A DNA stretch of 64,000 nt from positions 10,741 to 74,740 of the forward strand of contig CANKCB010000008.1 in assembly GCA_947480335.1 (NCBI GenBank). The letters run 5' to 3'. This DNA comes from Gammaproteobacteria bacterium. Lineage in GTDB: Bacteria > Pseudomonadota > Gammaproteobacteria > Eutrophobiales > Eutrophobiaceae. Under the pieces are notes generated by a model. It ran no database searches, was not told the origin of the DNA, and saw only the letters and a program-made list of their open reading frames with translations. Both the position numbers and the translations under genes were made by a program. Below are positions 62,828-64,000 of the stretch, in pieces (the first letter of the stretch is position 1; the number at the start of each line of letters is the position of its first letter).

Positions 62828-64000
62828 ATGGAATCTTCTGCCGCTGCCGAACTGGCATTACATGAGTTGCATACCACAGCACTGGTACTGGGCATCGGTG
62901 TGTTCGTTGCAGTACTCGCACGCTTTGTAAAAACGCCTGATGTGGCCTTGTTATTGATAGTCGGTATGCTGGTAGGACCGGCAGGTCTGAACTGGGTCAA
63001 TGTTCCAATCGAATCGGAAATGAACCAGTTAATCCTGATTTTTGGGTCAGCCTATATTTTATATGATGGCGGCGCTTCCTTGCGCTTGTCAGTATTGCAA
63101 CAAACATGGATAACTATTACGGTAATCTCCACCCTTGGCATTCTGATTACCTGTGGCATTACCGCGGTGGCAGCACATTATTTGATGGGCCTGGCCTGGC
63201 CGATCGCCCTGTTACTGGGAGCGGTCATTGCTTCTACCGATCCGGCCACACTGGTTCCGGTATTTCGTCAGGTGGCCATTCGGGAACGGGTTGCCCAGAC
63301 AGTGATGAGCGAATCAGCGTTTAATGATGCCATGGGAGCAATTGTTACCTTTACCTTGCTGGCAATGGTTATGGGCGGCACAGGTGAATTTTCCGCGACA
63401 AGCGCAGTAATTGACCTGCTATGGCAAGCCGGTGTTGGCGTATTGAGTGGGGCAGTCGTCGGTTATGTGGTCATGTATCTGGTTGGACATCCACGCCGTG
63501 CCTGGGCTGCCGATCATGCATCCGTGTTGACACTGGTATCGGTCATCGTTGCTTATATCGGAGCAACATATTTTCATGCCAGTGGATTTATGGCGGTATT
63601 CGTACTGGGTATTTTTATGGGTAATCAGGATGTGCTCGGTTTTAGTATGTCTCAAAAGGACTTGCATAAAACCGAGGAATATACGCTGACAACGGCTTTC
63701 GTGATGCGAGTGTTTATCTTTATTCTGCTGGGTACACATGTGGACTTCAAACTGATACTGGAGCAGGGCATGTCTACATTATGGGTTGTCCTGGCATTTA
63801 TGTTCGTTGCCAGACCTGTTACGGTTTTCATCTGTGCCGGGGTGGACAGACGGGCCAGATGGTCACTGCAGGAACTTATCTTTATGAGCTGGACCCGTGA
63901 AACAGGCGTTATCCCCGGAGCACTTGCCGGTATGTTGATGGGAATGAATGCGCCTGGTGCCGATGTGATTGCCTCGGTGACGCTGGTAGCCATACTGGTG
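62828..64000 (+). CDS. NhaP-type Na+/H+ antiporter (CPA1 family), 3'-truncated by the window end
   Basis: Open frame from ATG 62828 (GGGAG SD 8 nt upstream) to the window edge, 391 codons. CPA1 hallmark ...AVIASTDPATLVPVF... Multiple TM. Absent from the ORF track because no stop codon falls in the window. Confidence 0.8.
   Translation, partial: MESSAAAELALHELHTTALVLGIGVFVAVLARFVKTPDVALLLIVGMLVGPAGLNWVNVPIESEMNQLILIFGSAYILYDGGASLRLSVLQQTWITITVISTLGILITCGITAVAAHYLMGLAWPIALLLGAVIASTDPATLVPVFRQVAIRERVAQTVMSESAFNDAMGAIVTFTLLAMVMGGTGEFSATSAVIDLLWQAGVGVLSGAVVGYVVMYLVGHPRRAWAADHASVLTLVSVIVAYIGATYFHASGFMAVFVLGIFMGNQDVLGFSMSQKDLHKTEEYTLTTAFVMRVFIFILLGTHVDFKLILEQGMSTLWVVLAFMFVARPVTVFICAGVDRRARWSLQELIFMSWTRETGVIPGALAGMLMGMNAPGADVIASVTLVAILV

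Noticed and set aside
63419-63993. Minus-strand ORFs 63419..63739 and 63652..63993
   Set aside because: Antisense to the NhaP-type antiporter CDS that runs to the window edge.

Overview
The window is a chromosomal segment that looks gammaproteobacterial. Evidence: ygiQ, cbpA-cbpM, yheS-like ABC-F, rluE and a complete 14-gene nuoA-N operon with unfused nuoC and nuoD. GC is about 50% by eye. It has a conserved housekeeping backbone (ygiQ, cbpAM, ABC-F, rluE, nuo, psd) mixed with accessory material.

Accessory content in order along the window:
- An NdvB-like GH17+GT2 beta-glucan synthase, with a divergent ABC exporter and a downstream small membrane protein.
- A TonB-dependent receptor and a TauE/SafE exporter.
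- A YHYH protein and a PepSY-like protein.
- Two tandem Tat-signal aldo/keto reductases plus a DMT exporter.
- A membrane-anchored hexaheme c-type cytochrome that appears frameshifted.
- An IS nest: an IS30 remnant, an intact IS3-family element with an A7G slippery site, and a second IS3-like fragment with a nonsense codon.
- A DUF1800/DUF1501 pair, followed by an SLC13 transporter.
- A TctB-TctA-MmgE/PrpD-TctC cluster with a convergent D-2-hydroxyacid dehydrogenase that carries a signal peptide.
- DoxX and a two-subunit Tat-exported molybdenum hydroxylase.
- A Sco1-PCu(A)C copper-chaperone operon in which the PCu(A)C ORF reads in-frame, with no stop, into a complete phosphatidylserine decarboxylase gene.
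- A 3'-truncated NhaP-type antiporter gene that is missing from the supplied ORF track.

I found no CRISPR array, rRNA or tRNA gene, and no recognisable phage or defence system. The most unusual loci are the PCu(A)C-Psd read-through, the frameshifted hexaheme cytochrome, and the IS-flanked DUF1800/DUF1501 and glucan-synthase clusters. All family assignments rest on motif and domain recognition by eye, without database searches.
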